From contig JAHQJS010000005.1 of assembly GCA_019057385.1 (NCBI GenBank), positions 224,799 to 288,798 of the forward strand: a DNA stretch of 64,000 nt, in the 5' to 3' direction. The stretch is from Candidatus Borrarchaeum weybense (GTDB taxonomy: Archaea > Asgardarchaeota > Sifarchaeia > Borrarchaeales > Borrarchaeaceae). This document shows positions 60,567-64,000 of the stretch, one piece after another. How positions within the stretch are numbered: position 1 is the stretch's first letter; every line of letters starts with the position of its first letter. Both the position numbers and the translations under genes were made by a program. The notes beneath the pieces are model-generated. The model saw only the letters and a list, made by a program, of their open reading frames with translations. It ran no database searches and was not told the DNA's origin.

Positions 60567-60704
60567 TACTTCTCCTCCAATTAATTGGATGATTTGAATG
60601 TCTAACTTATCTAAACCTATTTTAAGCGTCATTTAGCTTAGTAATTGAAATTGTAAACGGGGCAGCATAGAGAAGGTTAGTATATTTTTTAAGTTTATCT
60701 CTAT

Positions 60705-62079
60705 CGCAAGAAGACCCCTCAACTTATTGGGGGGATGAATTGCGGTTTCACTTTCACCGTAGTGTCCCCAATCTTTAAATAAGTTTTTGCGTCTACTACA
60801 CCCCATAAAATGAATAGTAGGGGGATAACAGGGATAGGTGTGATGAAACGAACTTACCAATATCGTCTGTACCCGACCACACAACAGGCGACCACGTTAA
60901 CGCAATGGCTGACTACCTGTCGTCTGTTGTACAACAACGGTCTTGCCGAGCGGAAAAAAGTATGGGCGACTCATAAAAAATCAGTTACCTATGGTGAGCA
61001 AGCTAACCAACTGAAAGACGCTAAAAAGACCAACCAGTTTTTGAAGGCGGTTCATTCTCAGGTACTTCAGGACGTGCTGAGACGACTGGATAAGACCTTT
61101 ACCAACTTTTTTCGGCGCATCAAGAAGGGGGAAAACGCAGGCTATCCACGATTCAAAGGCAAATACCGGTATGACTCCTTTACCTACCCACAAAGTGGAT
61201 TCGCCCTCGATTACCACCACAAGAAGAAGACACTCCGCCTCTCGAAAATTGGAGGTATCAACATTAAACTCCACCGTCCTATCCCGTCTGAAGGCGTGAT
61301 CAAGACCTGTACCATCAAACGGGATGTCGACCACTGGTATGCCTGTTTTGTAGTAGCACTGCCTGACCCCGCTCTTGACTCTCAGCAGAGAGCCATAAAG
61401 AAGGCAATAGGGGTAGATGTGGGGCTGAAGAGTTTACTGACGTTAAATAACGGAGACACCATAGATAACCCCCGCTGGTTGAGATACTCGGAGAAGCAAC
61501 TAGCCAAAACGCAGCGAAGGAAAGATAGGAAGGTTAAGGGCTCACATAACCGCCATAAGCAGAACAGGAAGGTGGCAAAGCTACACCGGAAGATCCGCAA
61601 CCAGCGGAAGGACTTTCATCACAAGCTCAGTCGACAGCTGGTCGATATGTATGACCTGATTGTGTATGAGCAGCTTACCATCACCAACATGGTGAAGAAC
61701 CATCGTCTCGCCAAGTCGATTAGTGACGCCGGATGGGGGCAACTCATGTGTTTTACCGAGTACAAAGCGGAGGAAGCTGGTACTCTGGTAGAGTATGTGA
61801 GTACCAATAACACTACACAACTGTGTAGTGGTTGTGGGAAGATTGTTCCGAAGACACTGGCAACCCGGATCCACAGTTGCCCTTACTGTGGACTGGTGTT
61901 AGCGAGAGATCATAATTCAGCCATCACAATTTTAAGCCGATCAACCTACTATTTGGAATCACAGTCATCATCACTCTCATCATCACAAGGGCAGGGACTG
62001 CTCGTAGAGCCTGTTTGACATGTCCCGTTGGGGAATGGATGATTCAGGAAGCCAGCCTACTTGTAGGGTGGTAGTTCAC
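60705..62079 (+). mobile_element. IS200/IS605 family tnpB-only (IS1341-like) element
   Basis: Subterminal hairpins at both ends, right end ...gtagttcac, CTAT 5' of the left end, GC content above the host. Confidence 0.88.
60843..62018 (+). CDS. tnpB: RNA-guided endonuclease TnpB
   Basis: YRLYPT HTH, GYPRFK, RuvC D/E/D (GVDVG, VYEQL, RDHNSA), CSGC/CPYC zinc ribbon. Confidence 0.95.
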   Translation: MKRTYQYRLYPTTQQATTLTQWLTTCRLLYNNGLAERKKVWATHKKSVTYGEQANQLKDAKKTNQFLKAVHSQVLQDVLRRLDKTFTNFFRRIKKGENAGYPRFKGKYRYDSFTYPQSGFALDYHHKKKTLRLSKIGGINIKLHRPIPSEGVIKTCTIKRDVDHWYACFVVALPDPALDSQQRAIKKAIGVDVGLKSLLTLNNGDTIDNPRWLRYSEKQLAKTQRRKDRKVKGSHNRHKQNRKVAKLHRKIRNQRKDFHHKLSRQLVDMYDLIVYEQLTITNMVKNHRLAKSISDAGWGQLMCFTEYKAEEAGTLVEYVSTNNTTQLCSGCGKIVPKTLATRIHSCPYCGLVLARDHNSAITILSRSTYYLESQSSSLSSSQGQGLLVEPV

Positions 62080-62241
62080 CTATCTCTTAGTAAGTTCCAA
62101 CTATACTCTTCAAAACACTTAAATCTTTTAGGAAAGTGCGAGTTCTTCTTTGTACAAATAAAAGAGGTTCATCAAACAGCGAGAATGTGAATTAGTCTTT
62201 CAAGATTCCAAAAAAAATTGGTGGAAAACAGAAGGATGTTA

Positions 62242-64000
62242 TTAACTGTGCTGGCGTTCAATATTGATCATTTTAACCACTTGTTCTGCTAAGTCTCTGG
62301 GAAGCCCTGGTACACTTAAGATATCTTCATCTGTTAATTCACCCAATTTTCTTCCATTTTTTAATGCCCATTCAGTAATATACACAAGTCCGCGTGTTGC
62401 AATTATAGTGTCAGGATTTAGTGACATACTGTTGATTCCAGTTTCAACGAGGAAGGCTGCAATGCTTGGAAAGTCTGAAGGCGCTTGACCGCATATGCCA
62501 ATTTTGCGTCCCTTTTGGTTGGCTATTTTTATCACCTGCGCTAATAAACGCTTGACCGCTTGATCTCTTTCATCGAAAATATGCGCTACCAACTCACTAT
62601 CTCTATCTAAGCCGAGTGTTAGCTGAGTTAAATCATTAGATCCAATGCTAAAACCGTCAAATACATCTGCGAACTCCTCAGCTAAAATCACATTGCTTGG
62701 AATTTCAGCCATAACATAAATTTCCAGTCCGTCTTCTCCCTGTATTAAGTCATTTTCGCTCATCACCTTTATGACATTTCGCCCTTCTTCAGGAGTACGA
62801 CAGAATGGAACCATTGCTTTGACATTCTTTAGCCCCATTACCTTTCTGACTTTAACTAGGGCTTTACACTCAAGAGCAAACGCATCTTTAAAATCAGGAG
62901 CATAGTATCGGCTCGCGCCTCGCCAACCAAGCATAGGATTATTTTCATGTGGTTCGTAAAATTCACCGCCGATGAGATTGGCGTACTCGTTGGTCTTAAA
63001 ATCCGACAAGCGGACAATTACATCATAAGGATAGAAGGCGGCACCGATTCGAGCAATACCTTGAGCTAGTTTATCAACAAAATAATCCGCTTTGTTGTCG
63101 TAGTTTGCTGTCTTTTCCTCAATGAGTCGAACTAATTCACGTAAGTCCTTTAGTTTCTCTCGTGCTACCTCTCCTTTATACATATCATCGATAAGTTCAA
63201 CAGTTTGCTTAAAGCGAGGGTAATCAATAAGAGCTTTAGGATGGAACTGGATATGGTCGTTGATGATAAACTCTAATCGCGCCAGACCAACCCCATGGTG
63301 AGGTAGTTGTCCATACACAAAAGCTGAATCAGGAACCCCTAAATTCATCATTACCTGTGTTTCTGTTGGTGGAATATCCGCTAAGTCTATCTCCTCAATC
63401 TCGAATTTTTTAAGACCTCTGATGATGCGGCCGATCCCTTCACTGCAGTCGACAGTTACCTCGTCACCATCTTTTAATAATTTAGTTGCATTGAGTGTGC
63501 CGATAATACAGGGAAGACCAAGTTCGCGCGATACAATAGCAGCATGGCTTGTTCGTCCTCCGCGTTCAGTAATGAGAGCAGAAGCAATGCGCATTGCTGG
63601 TTCCCAATCTGGGTTTGTTTGCTCTGTGATTAGGACTTCTCCGGGTTTAAATTCGCTGAGGCGTGAAACATCTTCAATAACGTTTGCAATGCCTTGACCT
63701 ATCATGCTTCCTACAGGTTCACCCATAAGTATGATGTCATTTGCCTCTATAGATTCAGATATTTTATATGTTCTCAAAACATTGGCTGCTTTAATCTCGT
63801 GTACAGTTTCAGGACGAGCCTGAACGATATAGAGATTACCCGTGACGCCATCTTTTGCCCATTCGATATCCATCGCACGTCCATAATGTTCTTCTATTAG
63901 CATTGACCATTTAGCTAATTGAACTACTTCCTCATCAGAAAGAACGAATTTAACCTGATCTTCTGGAAGAACCTGTTGTTCCACAGTTCCTCCTCGTTTG
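62242..64000 (-). CDS. ppsA: phosphoenolpyruvate synthase, 5'-partial
   Basis: DIEWAKDG, QARPETV, GGRTSHAAIVSRELG, ENNPMLGWRGASRY, SIGSNDLTQ. Confidence 0.96.
   Translation of the reverse strand, partial: KRGGTVEQQVLPEDQVKFVLSDEEVVQLAKWSMLIEEHYGRAMDIEWAKDGVTGNLYIVQARPETVHEIKAANVLRTYKISESIEANDIILMGEPVGSMIGQGIANVIEDVSRLSEFKPGEVLITEQTNPDWEPAMRIASALITERGGRTSHAAIVSRELGLPCIIGTLNATKLLKDGDEVTVDCSEGIGRIIRGLKKFEIEEIDLADIPPTETQVMMNLGVPDSAFVYGQLPHHGVGLARLEFIINDHIQFHPKALIDYPRFKQTVELIDDMYKGEVAREKLKDLRELVRLIEEKTANYDNKADYFVDKLAQGIARIGAAFYPYDVIVRLSDFKTNEYANLIGGEFYEPHENNPMLGWRGASRYYAPDFKDAFALECKALVKVRKVMGLKNVKAMVPFCRTPEEGRNVIKVMSENDLIQGEDGLEIYVMAEIPSNVILAEEFADVFDGFSIGSNDLTQLTLGLDRDSELVAHIFDERDQAVKRLLAQVIKIANQKGRKIGICGQAPSDFPSIAAFLVETGINSMSLNPDTIIATRGLVYITEWALKNGRKLGELTDEDILSVPGLPRDLAEQVVKMINIERQHS

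Noticed and set aside
271-63900. Numerous short ORFs antisense to or overlapping assigned genes (e.g. 24352-24879, 34091-34489)
   Set aside because: Shadow frames of well-supported genes with no motifs of their own.

Overview
AT-rich archaeal chromosomal window, most likely from an Asgard archaeon (inference from a Sec61alpha-like SecY, a ribophorin I homologue, an ALG11-like glycosyltransferase and RING/PHD-finger proteins). It holds housekeeping genes (pyrB/pyrI, lonB, alaS, ileS, argS, nfo, truA, ppsA), an N-glycosylation/surface-glycan cluster, rps13-rps4-rps11, the distal half of the spc-type ribosomal operon (L32e to cbf5), five tRNA genes, one tnpB-only IS200/IS605 element and several non-autonomous relics of it. 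The main signal is pervasive bulge-helix-bulge (BHB) type splicing. All five tRNAs are interrupted (11 introns, nine at non-canonical positions, four in one gene). Two protein-coding genes are only intact after removal of a short BHB-bounded intron: cbf5 (35 nt, a known archaeal phenomenon) and secY (30 nt with an in-frame stop, which I do not know to be described). The four-intron tRNA has a UAU (Ile) anticodon on a tRNA-Arg-like body and lies between ileS and argS. A ~440-nt non-coding IS605 derivative carries a densely structured RNA of unknown identity. All structures were derived by eye; no database searches were run.
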